Positions 35,048 through 45,614 are shown, counted from the stretch's first letter. The stretch is 64,000 nucleotides of DNA from Gordonia sp. (in: high G+C Gram-positive bacteria) (GCF_047606305.1 NZ_JASGER010000051.1:6787-70786); one strand, 5' to 3'. The notes: a model not told the origin generated them from the letters alone. Numbers and translations: made by a program.

Positions 35048-36669
35048 CGAGGCTGATCCGGCCCGCGGCCGCCATCGGTGCGGGCGTCGCCATGTGGGGC
35101 GCGTTCCCGCCCAGCAATCTGTGGTTCCTCGCGGCGGTGTCACTCGGCGTCCTCGCGCTCGTCGTGGGTACCGGCGGGATTCGCACCCGCGACGGTGCGG
35201 GTTACGGATTCCTGTTCGGACTCGGCTTCTACGTCCCGTTGCTGCCGTGGATCGGCGAGTACGTCGGCCCGCTGCCGTGGTTGGCGCTGGCGGTCGTGCT
35301 CGCCGCCTACACCGCGTTGTTCGGCGCCTTGGCGACGATTGTCATGCGGCTGCCGCTACCGCCGCTGTGGTTCGCCGCCACCTGGACGCTCGTCGAAACC
35401 CTGCGGTCGATGTTCCCCTTCGGGGGCTTCCCCTGGGGGCGCACCGCGTTCAGCCAAGTGGACGGACCGCTGCTGCCCCTGGCCTCGGTGGTCGGCGCGA
35501 CGGGCCTCTCCTTCGGCGTGGCTCTGTTCGGCGCGTCGGTCGCCTGGGTGTTCGTCCTCGGTGTCCGCGCGTGGCACCGGGGCCCCAAACCGGCCACCGA
35601 GGAGCCCCACGTGCTGTCGCCGGGGGTGCTGACCGCGGTGGCCGTCGTGCTCCTGGCCCTGGCCGCCCCGCTCGTGGCGATTCTCGTCACGCCGGCCAGC
35701 CTCGATCGGGTGCTGTCGCCGTCCACGACGCGGATCGCCGTCGTCCAGGGCAACGTGCCGCGCCTCGGCCTGGAGTTCAACGCGCAGCGGCGGGCCGTCC
35801 TGGACTACCACGTGCGGCAGACCGGCGTCTTGGCCGCCGACATCGCCGCCGGCCGCGCGCCGCAGCCGGATTTCGTGGTGTGGCCGGAGAACGCGGCGGA
35901 CATCTCCCCGCTCGACAACCCGGATGCCGCCCAGGAGATCGAGTCGGCGGCGCGGGCCGTCAAGGCGCCGATCGTGCTCGGCACGATCCTGGAGGACACG
36001 CCCGGCGAGCCCACGAACACGGTCCTCGTCTGGGATCCGGCGCGCGGTGTCGTCGACCGATACGACAAGCACATCATCCAGCCGTTCGGTGAGTACCTGC
36101 CGTGGCGGGGCTTCTTCCGCCTGTTCTCGTCCTACGCCGACATGGCCGGCAACTTCCACGCCGGCAGCGGACCGTCGGTGGTGCGGGTACCGACCCGCTC
36201 GGGCCCGATCGTGGCCGGCGTCGCGACCTGCTGGGAGGTCGCCTTCGACCGCGCGGCGCGCGCCTCGGTGGATCAGGGCGCGCAGCTCCTGATCGTGCCG
36301 ACCAACAATGCGACCTTCGGCCGCACCGCGATGACCTACCAGCAACTCGCGATGTCCCAGGTGCGCGCCGTCGAACACGGGCGGTCTGTTCTCGTCGCGG
36401 CGACCTCGGGGGTCAGCGCCATCGTCGCCCCCGACGGCACGGTCACCTCGCACACGAAGATCTTCGAGCCGGCGACCCTCCTGGACGACGTGCCGCTGCG
36501 CACCGACCGGACCGTGGCGACGAGGTTGGGTGGGGCCCCTGCGATCGCACTCTGCGCGTTGGCGGTGGTGGCCCTTTTGGTCGCTTTGGCCACGCATACT
36601 AGATTCAGTCGGAACCCGGTGCGCGCCCGTGCGCGCACCGCGGACGTAGCGAAGGAGCTCGATGAGTAG
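35044..36669 (+). CDS. lnt: Apolipoprotein N-acyltransferase
   Basis: [14 protein letters not shown], catalytic triad VWPEN / YDKH..QPFGEY / TCWEV, TNNATFG. Confidence 0.95.
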   Translation: MTRLIRPAAAIGAGVAMWGAFPPSNLWFLAAVSLGVLALVVGTGGIRTRDGAGYGFLFGLGFYVPLLPWIGEYVGPLPWLALAVVLAAYTALFGALATIVMRLPLPPLWFAATWTLVETLRSMFPFGGFPWGRTAFSQVDGPLLPLASVVGATGLSFGVALFGASVAWVFVLGVRAWHRGPKPATEEPHVLSPGVLTAVAVVLLALAAPLVAILVTPASLDRVLSPSTTRIAVVQGNVPRLGLEFNAQRRAVLDYHVRQTGVLAADIAAGRAPQPDFVVWPENAADISPLDNPDAAQEIESAARAVKAPIVLGTILEDTPGEPTNTVLVWDPARGVVDRYDKHIIQPFGEYLPWRGFFRLFSSYADMAGNFHAGSGPSVVRVPTRSGPIVAGVATCWEVAFDRAARASVDQGAQLLIVPTNNATFGRTAMTYQQLAMSQVRAVEHGRSVLVAATSGVSAIVAPDGTVTSHTKIFEPATLLDDVPLRTDRTVATRLGGAPAIALCALAVVALLVALATHTRFSRNPVRARARTADVAKELDE

Positions 36670-37462
36670 CGGTGCACAGGGCGGATCGGCGAAGCCCGTG
36701 ATCGGCCCGACGGGGGAGAACGCCCTGGTCGTCATCCCGACGTACAACGAGCGCGAGAACCTGCCGATCATCGTCGACCGGCTGTTGACCGCCCTCGGTG
36801 GCGTCCACGTGCTGGTCGTCGACGATTCCAGCCCGGACGGCACCGGCGAGGTGGCCGACAAGCTGGCCACCGGCGACAAGGACAAGCGCATCCACGTCCT
36901 GCACCGCACCGAGAAGGACGGCCTCGGCAAGGCGTACCTCGCCGGATTCACCTGGGGACTGGCCCGCGACTACGCGGTGCTGGTCGAGATGGACGCCGAC
37001 GGCTCGCACGCCCCCGAACAGCTGCACCGGCTCTTCGACGCGGTGAACGACGGCGCCGACCTGGCCATCGGCTCGCGCTACGTGCGCGGCGGGTCGACGG
37101 TGAACTGGCCCAAACGGCGCGAGGTGCTCTCCCGCGGCGCCAACACCTACGCGCGGCTCGCGCTCGGCTCGTCGGTGCGCGACATCACCGCGGGCTTTCG
37201 CGCCTACCGACGCGCGGTGCTCGAGAGCTTCGACTTCGACTCCGTCGACTCGGCGGGCTACTGCTTCCAGATCGACTTGGCCTGGCGGGCGATCCAAGGC
37301 GGGTTCGTCGTGAAGGAAGTGCCGATCACCTTCACCGAACGCGCCATCGGCGAATCCAAGATGGACGGCGGCGTCATCACCGAAGCATTCCTTCAGGTCG
37401 CGCGCTGGGGGATCGACAGCCGTCTGGGCCGCAGCCCCAAGAACAGCAAAACGGCCGGCTGA
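36662..37462 (+). CDS. ppm1: Polyprenol-monophosphomannose synthase
   Basis: [43 protein letters not shown]. Confidence 0.95.
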   Translation: MSSGAQGGSAKPVIGPTGENALVVIPTYNERENLPIIVDRLLTALGGVHVLVVDDSSPDGTGEVADKLATGDKDKRIHVLHRTEKDGLGKAYLAGFTWGLARDYAVLVEMDADGSHAPEQLHRLFDAVNDGADLAIGSRYVRGGSTVNWPKRREVLSRGANTYARLALGSSVRDITAGFRAYRRAVLESFDFDSVDSAGYCFQIDLAWRAIQGGFVVKEVPITFTERAIGESKMDGGVITEAFLQVARWGIDSRLGRSPKNSKTAG

Positions 37463-37486
37463 CCCCCTTTCGGGGGGCAACCGGCC
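37453..37486. terminator. Hairpin between convergent ppm1 and rbpA
   Basis: GGCCGGCTGACCCCC-TTTC-GGGGGGCAACCGGCC, 15-bp stem with 2 mismatches. Confidence 0.6.
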
Positions 37487-37503
37487 GGTGTGCGCGGCGC
37501 GAC

Positions 37504-37839
37504 TCAGCCGCGTCGGCGCTGCTTCAGGATCTCCAGCCGCTCGTTGAGGAGCACCTCGAGCTCGTCCTCGCTGCGACGCTCCAGGAGCATGTCCCAGTGC
37601 GTGCGCGGCGGCTTGGCCTTCTTCTCCTCCGGCGCGGCACCCTCGAGGAGGGTGCCCTCCATGCCGTTCTTGCACGGCCACTTCGAGGGGATCTCGGCGT
37701 CGTCGGCGAACGGGACGTCGAAGATCTCGCCGTTGTCGGTCTTGTACTGCACGATTCGGCGCGGGGCCAGATCGTGATCGCGATCAGTCTCGTAGCTGAC
37801 CGCTCCGAGTCGGCTTCCGCGAAGCACTCGATCTGCCAT
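37504..37839 (-). CDS. rbpA: RNA polymerase-binding protein RbpA
   Basis: MADRVLRGSRLGAVSYETDR, KPPRTHWDMLLERRS. Confidence 0.97.
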   Translation of the reverse strand: MADRVLRGSRLGAVSYETDRDHDLAPRRIVQYKTDNGEIFDVPFADDAEIPSKWPCKNGMEGTLLEGAAPEEKKAKPPRTHWDMLLERRSEDELEVLLNERLEILKQRRRG

Positions 37840-37957
37840 GTGATTCCTCCCAGGTCTCGGCCTTCCAGTCTACGCGAGTCGGGCGCCAGTCTTCTAACGC
37901 CGACACGGGCGGTCGGCAGGCGTCGGCGACGCCGCTGATCGGGTAGCGTTTCCAGAC

Positions 37958-38302
37958 ATGACGACCGAGACCGTGAACCGTCGGGAACGACTGGTGTCGT
38001 GCGCGTGGTGCGGTCGCGAAATCGTCGATTCGACGCTCGGTCGCCGACGCAAATACTGCCAGCAGTCCTGCCGCCAACGCGCCTACGAACAGCGAACGCT
38101 GACGGCGGGCACGAGTATTCCCGACGACGCGGTGATCCTGCGACCCGACGAGGTCCGCGACCTCGCCGACCGACTGTTCGAGCTCCGCTGTGCCGCCGAG
38201 GATTTGCGCACCGCGCTGGCCGAGGACGCCGACGCCGCCACCCTCGCCGAGATGGCCGAGTCGGTGGTGGATCTCGCGGTGGCCGCGGAACGCGTGCGAT
38301 GA
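37958..38302 (+). CDS. Small zinc-finger-like hypothetical protein
   Basis: CAWCG...RRRKYCQQSCRQRAYE, then helical C-terminus; TAGCGT-N8-ATG. Confidence 0.75.
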   Translation: MTTETVNRRERLVSCAWCGREIVDSTLGRRRKYCQQSCRQRAYEQRTLTAGTSIPDDAVILRPDEVRDLADRLFELRCAAEDLRTALAEDADAATLAEMAESVVDLAVAAERVR

Positions 38303-39111
38303 GCGCGGCGAAACCGTCCAAGAAGCCGGGATCCAAATCGGAGGCCTCGATGGCCAAGCGGGCCGCCGAGATCCTCGCCCGCACCGATGCGAGTGAGAGC
38401 GCCGTCAGTCTGGCGCGTGCCGCCCGCAATCTGATCCCCGAACCGGCATCGGCCGGCGAGGAACGCCCGAGCGACCGGGTCGCCATGCTGATCGAACAGG
38501 CCCGGGGGCCACAGCCCAGCGCGGTCCGCGAACTGGGGTTGGCGACGGTCGAGATCTGGCAGTCACTGACGCGGCGTCGCGCGCGATCCGGGGGTGAGAA
38601 GGCCTCGGACGCCCCCGTCCCGGCGACGATCATGTTCACCGACCTGGTCAATTTCTCCACGTGGGCGCTGCGCGCCGGCGACGACCAGGTGCTCGAACTC
38701 ATCCGGGCGGTCGACGGGGCCACCGAGAAGGTCGTGCGGCGGCGCGGGGGACAGGTCGTGAAGAACCTCGGCGACGGCACGATGGCCGTCTTCACCGACG
38801 CCGAGCAGGCGATCTTGGCCGCGTTCGAGACGATCACCGCCGTCACCGCCGTCGAGGTGGGCGGCTATCGCGCCCAGCTGCGGGCCGGTTTGCACACCGG
38901 GATGCCCCGCGCCGTCGGCGACGACTATCTGGGCGTCGACGTGAACATCGCCGCCCGAGTCGGTGCGGCGGCAGGCGGGGGCGAGGTGTTCATCAGCGAC
39001 GCGGTGGTGGACGCCGTGCAGCCCGACCGATTCGTCCTGCGCCGCAAGCGGTTCCGGGCGAAGGGTGTGCCCAAGGAGCTCGTGGTCTACTCGGTCGTCC
39101 CCAAGCTGTGA
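38299..39111 (+). CDS. Soluble class III adenylate cyclase
   Basis: FTDLVNFS, VKNLGDG, GLHTG, DYLGVDVNIAAR; ATGA overlap with upstream gene. Confidence 0.9.
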   Translation: MSAAKPSKKPGSKSEASMAKRAAEILARTDASESAVSLARAARNLIPEPASAGEERPSDRVAMLIEQARGPQPSAVRELGLATVEIWQSLTRRRARSGGEKASDAPVPATIMFTDLVNFSTWALRAGDDQVLELIRAVDGATEKVVRRRGGQVVKNLGDGTMAVFTDAEQAILAAFETITAVTAVEVGGYRAQLRAGLHTGMPRAVGDDYLGVDVNIAARVGAAAGGGEVFISDAVVDAVQPDRFVLRRKRFRAKGVPKELVVYSVVPKL

Positions 39112-40559
39112 CGCCGAGCGCCGCGACCGAGGATCGACGGTTCCTCGGCCATCCCTCGGGTCTGGCGGCGCTGTTCACCGTCGAGACGTGGGAGCGCTTC
39201 TCCTTCTACGGGATGCAGGCCATCCTGGCGTACTACCTGTACTTCGCGGCGGTCGACGGCGGCCTGGGTCTGCCGCGCAAATCGGCGATGAGCGTCGTCG
39301 GCGCCTACGGTGCGCTGGTCTACCTCTCGACGGTCGTCGGCGCCTGGTTGGCCGACCGGGTCCTCGGTGCCGAGCGGACGTTGTTCGGCGGCGCGATGGT
39401 GATCATGGCCGGACACCTCTCGCTGGCGCTGGTCCCGGGCGTCTGGGGCGTCGGCGCCGGCCTGGTGCTCGTCGCCTTCGGCAGTGGTGCCCTCAAGACG
39501 AGCTCGACGGTGATGGTCGGCGAGCTGTACTCGCCGGAGGACCGTCGCCGCGATGCAGGCTTCTCGCTGTACTACATGGGTGTCAACGTCGGCGGCTTCC
39601 TCGGCCCGCTCGTCACCGGCGCGGCGCAGCAGCGCTACGGGTTCCACCTCGGCTTCGGGCTGGCGGCCGTGGGGATGGCCGCGGGCCTGTGCTGCTATGC
39701 GGTGCTGCGCCGTCGGCTCGCCGGGATCGGGACGGCGGTGCCCCATCCACTGCCGGCCGGACAGCGGGGCAGATGGGTGGCCGGCGCGGCGGGAGTCGCG
39801 TGCGTCGTAGCGCTCGCCGCGTCGACCGGGCTGCTGCGACCGTCGAATCTTGCGTCGGTGACCGCCGTCATCACCGCATTGGTCGCGGCCGGCTATTTCG
39901 CGCACATCCTGCGCAGCAGTCAGATCAGCCACGGCGAGAGGCGCCGGGTGTGGGCCTTCCTGCCGCTGTTCGCCGCGTCGGTCGTCTTCTGGTCGCTCTA
40001 CCAACAGCAGTTCACCACCGTGGCGGCCTACTCCCAGTCCAGGTTGAACCGATCGGTGTTCGGCTGGGAGGTGCCGGCGGCGTGGGTCCAGTCGATCAAC
40101 CCGGTGTTCATCATCGTGTTCGCCGGCCTCTTCGCGGCGCTGTGGACGGCACTGGGCGATCGACAGCCCTCGGCACCGGTGAAGTTCGCGCTTGGAACCG
40201 CGCTGATGGGCGTCGCGTTTCTGTGCTTTCTCCCGATGGCCGGCGGCGGTCCGGGCAGTGCACCGCTGCTCGGCCTCGTCGGGATCCTGCTGCTGTTCAG
40301 CTTCGCCGAACTGATGCTCTCACCGGTCGGATTGTCGCTCGCGACTCGCTTGGCGCCACGGGCCTTCCACTCGCAACTGGTGGCGCTGTTCTTCCTGTCG
40401 GTGGCCCTCGGCACGGCGCTGTCGGGTGTGCTGGCCGGCTTCTACGACGAGAGCCACGAGAGGCCCTACTTCCTGTCGTTGGGCCTGGCGTCGCTGGTCG
40501 CCGGTGGTGCGATCGCGGTCGCGACGCCGTGGATCACGGCGCGGATGCACGGGGACTGA
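39108..40559 (+). CDS. POT/PTR-family di/tripeptide:H+ symporter (MFS)
   Basis: ETWERFSFYGM signature, GAWLADRVLG, FSLYYMGVNVG, QSINP, ELMLSPVGLS. Confidence 0.93.
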   Translation: MTPSAATEDRRFLGHPSGLAALFTVETWERFSFYGMQAILAYYLYFAAVDGGLGLPRKSAMSVVGAYGALVYLSTVVGAWLADRVLGAERTLFGGAMVIMAGHLSLALVPGVWGVGAGLVLVAFGSGALKTSSTVMVGELYSPEDRRRDAGFSLYYMGVNVGGFLGPLVTGAAQQRYGFHLGFGLAAVGMAAGLCCYAVLRRRLAGIGTAVPHPLPAGQRGRWVAGAAGVACVVALAASTGLLRPSNLASVTAVITALVAAGYFAHILRSSQISHGERRRVWAFLPLFAASVVFWSLYQQQFTTVAAYSQSRLNRSVFGWEVPAAWVQSINPVFIIVFAGLFAALWTALGDRQPSAPVKFALGTALMGVAFLCFLPMAGGGPGSAPLLGLVGILLLFSFAELMLSPVGLSLATRLAPRAFHSQLVALFFLSVALGTALSGVLAGFYDESHERPYFLSLGLASLVAGGAIAVATPWITARMHGD

Positions 40560-40586
40560 GACTGCATCGCTGCCCGTGGGGTGCGC

Positions 40587-41654
40587 TCAGAAGCTGAAGA
40601 ACCACGGGTTGGCGGTACACACGAGCCGCGGGTAGCGCTGCGGGTTGAGGGCGCGCAGCGCGATCGAGATCGCTCGGGGGGAGTAGGCCATCGACAGATG
40701 GTCGGAGGTGTCCTGCGGGCACCCGTCCTGCAGGGTGATGTTCTTGACGCCCTTGGCGCGCAGGAAGGTCGAGTCATACGGGGTCACGACCTCGTCGTAG
40801 CGGGTGCCGACGACCGTGTACTGCACGCTGGGGTAGGTCGCGATGTAGTGGTTCAGCCTCATGACGAACGGTGATTCGACCATCTGGTCGATGGGGCCCT
40901 GTCCGTACAACCAGGAGTAGAAGCCCGTCGTGTCGATTCCTGCCTTGCGCATCTGAGTGCCGATCCAGGCGATCCCGAGCAGCGTCGTCCCGTGGTTGGG
41001 GGCTCCGAAGGTGATCAGCCGGTCGATCTTGTTCTTCTCCGGTGCGTGGAGCGAGGCGGCCTTGCCGAACTTCATCCACTGTCGGGCGACCAGGCCGCCC
41101 TGCGAGTGGGCGATGATGTCGACCTTCTGCGCCCCGGTGGCCTTGAGGACGCGGTCGATGTACTTGCCGACCTGGGTCGCCGAGCGGCCGATGTCCCCGG
41201 TCCCGGTGATCGAGGGCAGCACGACGCCCAGTCCACCGCGGTCCAGGAAGGTCGTCCGCCCGTAGTAGGGCGCGAAGACGCAGTAGCCGGCCTTCTTGAG
41301 GGCGGGGGAGAAGCCCGCCCAGGTGTTGTAACCGTTCTCGAAGGTGCCGTGCAGCAACACGACGGGGTTCTGTCCCTCGCGGGGCTTGCAGCGGAAGTCG
41401 TTGGCACCGGGCGGCGCGACGTTGGGATTGACCACCGAGTAGCCGTAGGCCGACCAGAAGCCGTCCTGCCGCGGTCCGACGCCGACGGTGTTGGGGATCG
41501 GCGGGAAGGGGCGCCCCACGTGGTCCATGCTCCCGGTGCCCCCGCTGGGCGGGGGTGCGGCGGCGGCGGGGGACGCTCCGGAGAACGCGAGGGCCGCCAT
41601 CGCCGAAAAGGCGGTGACCGCCGCGAGGGGCCGTGTGACCGTCTGATTCTTCAC
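40587..41654 (-). CDS. Secreted lipase/esterase (lipase class 2-like)
   Basis: Signal peptide ending AAA, PVVLLHGT, AHSQGG nucleophile elbow, RYDEVVTP, SDHL. Confidence 0.88.
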   Translation of the reverse strand: MKNQTVTRPLAAVTAFSAMAALAFSGASPAAAAPPPSGGTGSMDHVGRPFPPIPNTVGVGPRQDGFWSAYGYSVVNPNVAPPGANDFRCKPREGQNPVVLLHGTFENGYNTWAGFSPALKKAGYCVFAPYYGRTTFLDRGGLGVVLPSITGTGDIGRSATQVGKYIDRVLKATGAQKVDIIAHSQGGLVARQWMKFGKAASLHAPEKNKIDRLITFGAPNHGTTLLGIAWIGTQMRKAGIDTTGFYSWLYGQGPIDQMVESPFVMRLNHYIATYPSVQYTVVGTRYDEVVTPYDSTFLRAKGVKNITLQDGCPQDTSDHLSMAYSPRAISIALRALNPQRYPRLVCTANPWFFSF

Positions 41655-42808
41655 TTCATTCCACCCGTCTCCGCGATCGCTTCGCGGCTTGCAGTGTGTG
41701 CGGTGCGGAGTGCATCCAGCCAGCGCAGGGCGCCGGGCGCGGTCGCGAACTCCAGTGGCAGGTGCCATCCGAACGGCACCAACCGGTAGGTCAGCCGGGC
41801 ACCGGCCCGGCGGTAGCGGCCGACGAGCGCGGTGATGTCGTCGGCGCAGATCACCTCGTCGCGCAGTCCCTGGGTGATCAGCAGGGGCATGGTCGGGGCG
41901 GTTCCGCCGGGGCGGACGCCGTCGAGGACCTCGGCCAGGACGGGTTCGGCGAGGAAGGCCTCGAGCCCGTCGGTGAGGTGGTCGCGGACGTCTCGACGCG
42001 CCATCCGGGCGAGGGCCACGAGCGTGGTGCGACGGGTCGAGTCGTCGAGCCATTCACCGAACTCGCGGTCCACGTGGCGGTCGAGGATCGGGACCAACTG
42101 TGGATACGCACGTCGCAACCCGCCGATGAAGATGGTCGGGAAGCCGGAGAACCATCCGCCGTTGAGGCGGAGGAAGGTGGCGCGCGGATCGCCCACCGGC
42201 GCGCCGGCCGCGGCGCCGATCACGGCGAGCTCGGGGGCGTAGGCGTCAGCCACCTCGGCCGCCCACAGGGTGGCCAGACCGCCCCCGGAGTAGCCCCACA
42301 GGCCGATCGGCGTGTCGGCGGACAGCGACTCGAAATGGAGAACCGCGCGCGCCGCATCGAGCGAGCGGTAGCCGGGTTCACGGGCGGCGCCGAATTGCCC
42401 GCGCATCCCGCCGTGGTCGGGAATCGAGACCGTCCAGCCGCGACGGACGGCCGCAAGGATGAGCGGCAACTCCACCTGGCACAGCGCCCCGGTGGCGCGG
42501 GAGCCCCGACGCAAGGCGTAGGACGGCAGACATCTGGTCGACACACCGTCGATGGCCGCCTGATAGGACAACACGCCGGAACCGGCCTCGCGCGGCGCGA
42601 TCACCGTGGTGACGGCCAGGTCGGGGGCGCCGTCGAGGTCGGTGGTCCGATAGGCGAGCTGTCGCGCCTCCGCGGCGACGGGCAGCCGACCGAAAGCGGC
42701 CAGCTCGACTCGTCTCGCCCGAACGACGTCGCCGGGGGCGCATCGGGCGAGGTCGGCGGGGCGCGCGTAGAACGGGTCGTCCTCGGGCAGGAGGATCGGG
42801 CTGGGCAT
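41651..42808 (-). CDS. LIP-family lipase (Rv1592c-like)
   Basis: DDPFY, YRTTD, SYQAAID, PDHGG, GYSGGG, GLRDEVI. Confidence 0.87.
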   Translation of the reverse strand: MPSPILLPEDDPFYARPADLARCAPGDVVRARRVELAAFGRLPVAAEARQLAYRTTDLDGAPDLAVTTVIAPREAGSGVLSYQAAIDGVSTRCLPSYALRRGSRATGALCQVELPLILAAVRRGWTVSIPDHGGMRGQFGAAREPGYRSLDAARAVLHFESLSADTPIGLWGYSGGGLATLWAAEVADAYAPELAVIGAAAGAPVGDPRATFLRLNGGWFSGFPTIFIGGLRRAYPQLVPILDRHVDREFGEWLDDSTRRTTLVALARMARRDVRDHLTDGLEAFLAEPVLAEVLDGVRPGGTAPTMPLLITQGLRDEVICADDITALVGRYRRAGARLTYRLVPFGWHLPLEFATAPGALRWLDALRTAHTASREAIAETGGMK

Positions 42809-42952
42809 GGGTCAACGCTAACGGCGGTGTGTTGCGGCGGTCACTGCACGCTCGGCAGAGAAATCGCGCCCCGACTTGTCTCTGGGAACAAACCGGTGTT
42901 GGGGAAGACGCGATATTTCTCGATTCGTCTAGGCGTGCGCCACAATGGGCCG

Positions 42953-44191
42953 ATGGGAGAAGGACGTGCGAGCCTGGTGCAGCGCCTGCGGGTCCGCTGG
43001 CCGGAGATCGCCGAGCAGATGCTCGCCGACGGCCTCGCGTCGACCGCGCCCGCCGGGTTGCCGGCTGAGCATTTCACCGCCGAGGTGTTGCCGGCGATGC
43101 AGCTGTCCGGGCATGCGGTGCTGGAGGCCATCGCGGCGGATCGGGAGCTGACCTACGACGAGGTGCACGCCTTCGTCGGACCGGTCGCCGAACACCACGC
43201 CGAGGACCGACTGCCGCTGCAGGTGCTGCTGGCCGGCGTCCACGGGTCGGCGCAGGCTCTGTTGGCGACCGCGGCCGAGACGGCCGAACCCGACGAGACC
43301 GATCAGCTCATCGTCGTCGGCACGCGGTTGCTGAGCGTGCTGGGCCACATCAACCTCTCGGTGGTGTCCACCTACACCGCCGTCGAAGAGTCGATCTTCC
43401 ACTCCGAGCGCGAGGCACGCCGGGAACTGTGCGCCGCCCTGGTGCACGGTCGGCCGTACGCCGCGCTGGCGGCACGGGCCGATACCACGGTGGCCGACGC
43501 CTATCTCGTCGTCACGGTGCGCCTGTTCAGCCCGCCGGAGGAGTCGACGGCCCAGACACTGATGGCCCGACGGCGGATGCGCGTGATCCAACGCGCCCTC
43601 GACGAGCTCACCTCCACGACGACCCCGTTGCTCTTCGACGGCGTGAACGGGGTGGCACTGCTCGCCGATCCGGGGAGCGGCGAGGCGACCGCCGTCCATC
43701 GGCGACTGGACGGAGTGGCGCGCGATCTGACCGAGAGCCTGGGGGTACCGGTGTATCTCGGCTCGATCGGCACCGTCGCGCCGGTGGGGGTGCCGACCGC
43801 GGCCGGTGACGCGGCCGACCTCACCGTGCTCGCCCGTGCGCTCAAGCGCCCGCCGGGCGCCTACCGCCTCGATGATCTGTTGGTCGAATACCAGGTCACC
43901 CGGCCGAGTTCAGCCCGTGACCGACTCGCCGACCGGGTGGCGCCGTTGAACGACCAGCCGCATCTGCTCGAGGCCCTCGAGGCGCATCTGCGCCACGGGG
44001 CGAACCGGAAAGCCGCCGCCGACGAGGTGCACGTGCATCCGAACACGCTCAGCTATCGGCTGCGGCGGGTGCACGAGCTGACCGGCCACGACCCGTCGGA
44101 CCCCCATGAGTCACGGGTGCTCGCGGCGGCACTCACCGTCGCGCGCGTGCCCGACGAACGCTCACCGATGCCGGACGCGACGGCGCTCTGA
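42953..44191 (+). CDS. PucR/CdaR-family transcriptional regulator
   Basis: C-terminal HTH NRKAAADEVHVHPNTLSYRLRRV; CACAAT-N6-ATG. Confidence 0.92.
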   Translation: MGEGRASLVQRLRVRWPEIAEQMLADGLASTAPAGLPAEHFTAEVLPAMQLSGHAVLEAIAADRELTYDEVHAFVGPVAEHHAEDRLPLQVLLAGVHGSAQALLATAAETAEPDETDQLIVVGTRLLSVLGHINLSVVSTYTAVEESIFHSEREARRELCAALVHGRPYAALAARADTTVADAYLVVTVRLFSPPEESTAQTLMARRRMRVIQRALDELTSTTTPLLFDGVNGVALLADPGSGEATAVHRRLDGVARDLTESLGVPVYLGSIGTVAPVGVPTAAGDAADLTVLARALKRPPGAYRLDDLLVEYQVTRPSSARDRLADRVAPLNDQPHLLEALEAHLRHGANRKAAADEVHVHPNTLSYRLRRVHELTGHDPSDPHESRVLAAALTVARVPDERSPMPDATAL

Positions 44192-44192
44192 C

Positions 44193-44840
44193 CTAGTCGT
44201 CGGAGGACGCGGACTTCGCCTTCTGCGCCTCGAGCTTCCGACCCCGGATCTTGTACTTGATGATGAAGAACACGATCACCAGGGCGATCACGCCGCCGAT
44301 GATGGCGCCGATCAGGGTGCCGCTCTGGAAGCCGGTGACGCCGGTCAGGGTGACCTTGGCCTCGGCCTGCGGCGAACCGATCTCGGTGGGGTGGCTGCTG
44401 TTGATGGCGAGGGTCAGCAGGTTGGGCAGCGCGGTGATGATCCCGGCCAGCAGGAACAGCACGCCGAAGAAGTGCTTGAGTCGGTCCCACGAGGCGACGG
44501 CCATCGCCAGGCAGACGACCGGTACCAGGGTGAAGACGATGCCGAAGCCGATGCCGTAGGAGGTGCCGCGCACGACGCCCGGCTTCTCGTCGGGCTTCTT
44601 CTGGACGATGTCCTGGACGAAGTCGGCCCACTCGCGCGGGACCACCGAGCGCAGGAAGAAGAACAGGACGATCAGGACCGCGACGCCGATCAGCGCGAGG
44701 AGCGCCCGCTTGAGGGCGCTGCTCACGGCGTGGCCGAAGCTCGTGCCCTCGTGCTTGGGTGCGTGCTGGTGCTCCTCGCCGGGCGCGGGGACCGCGGGGT
44801 CGGCGGTGGCGGGGACGTTGGTCGTCTCGTCGTGGCTCAT
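44193..44840 (-). CDS. Hypothetical membrane protein (about 4 TM)
   Basis: Hydrophobic helices, basic C-terminus; leaderless-type start. Confidence 0.7.
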   Translation of the reverse strand: MSHDETTNVPATADPAVPAPGEEHQHAPKHEGTSFGHAVSSALKRALLALIGVAVLIVLFFFLRSVVPREWADFVQDIVQKKPDEKPGVVRGTSYGIGFGIVFTLVPVVCLAMAVASWDRLKHFFGVLFLLAGIITALPNLLTLAINSSHPTEIGSPQAEAKVTLTGVTGFQSGTLIGAIIGGVIALVIVFFIIKYKIRGRKLEAQKAKSASSDD

Positions 44841-44900
44841 GCCGATAACTTTGACACACCTTCCTACGGAAAGTGAATCAATCCCGTGCAGGTCGGCGGG

Positions 44901-45614
44901 TCAGAGCCGCCAGGCCAGGGCGGCCCCGAGCGCCCCGGTCGCGTTGAGGGCCCAATGCAGGGCGATCGACGGCAGGAGACTGTCGGTCTTGTACCGCAAC
45001 CAGCCGAACACCAGACCCGCGGCGGTCGTGGCGACCACGGCCAGGAGCACGCCGAGGATCTGCCCCGCGTCACCACTGCCGACGACGTCGCGCAGGCCCT
45101 TGTTGTCCCCGGCGAGGTTCATCGACGAGGTGATGTGCCAGAGGCCGAAGAGCACCGCGCCGACGCCGAGTGCGACCGGCACCGACCAGGTGCGCATGAG
45201 CGCTCCCTGGAGCACGCCGCGGAACAACAGCTCCTCGGGCAACACCGTCTGCAGCGGGATGACCACGAACGCGGCGAGCAGCGCGGTGCGCGGTGAGCGG
45301 AACCGCTCGTCGAGGAAGAATTCGCGCAGCGGGGGAATGGCCACCGCGACGAGGATGATCACCACCACCGCCGCGGCGACGACGGCGGCCCACGGCAGCC
45401 CGGCGCGCAGTTGGGCGGGCGTGACGCCCAGATCCCGCCAGCGCAGACCGCTGACCAGCGCCGCAGCGCCGAGCAGCAGGGCGGTCGTCGGGATCACCAG
45501 GAAGATCGCCCGGCCGTGCGCGTAGTGGGCGATGAGGTTGGCACTCGCGATGACGAAGATGATCGTCGCGATCAACGCCGGGTGGAGGCGGTCGATCGCC
45601 GTGAGTTGGGACAT
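44901..45614 (-). CDS. CPBP (CAAX/Abi) intramembrane glutamic endopeptidase
   Basis: PEELLFRG, FGLWH, LHWALN motifs; TACGAT-N6-ATG. Confidence 0.9.
   Translation of the reverse strand: MSQLTAIDRLHPALIATIIFVIASANLIAHYAHGRAIFLVIPTTALLLGAAALVSGLRWRDLGVTPAQLRAGLPWAAVVAAAVVVIILVAVAIPPLREFFLDERFRSPRTALLAAFVVIPLQTVLPEELLFRGVLQGALMRTWSVPVALGVGAVLFGLWHITSSMNLAGDNKGLRDVVGSGDAGQILGVLLAVVATTAAGLVFGWLRYKTDSLLPSIALHWALNATGALGAALAWRL

Noticed and set aside
41696-42952. N-terminal 419 aa of the 831-aa ORF
   Set aside because: Antisense to the LIP lipase; the real PucR gene starts at 42953 with its own -10
44838-44865. CATGCCGATAA, resembling a XerC arm (possible second dif)
   Set aside because: The XerD arm position (CACACCTTCCT) does not match; the sequence is explained by a leaderless gene start
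44901-45614. Abi phage-defence role for the CPBP protein
   Set aside because: The family name is historical; no defence-gene context here
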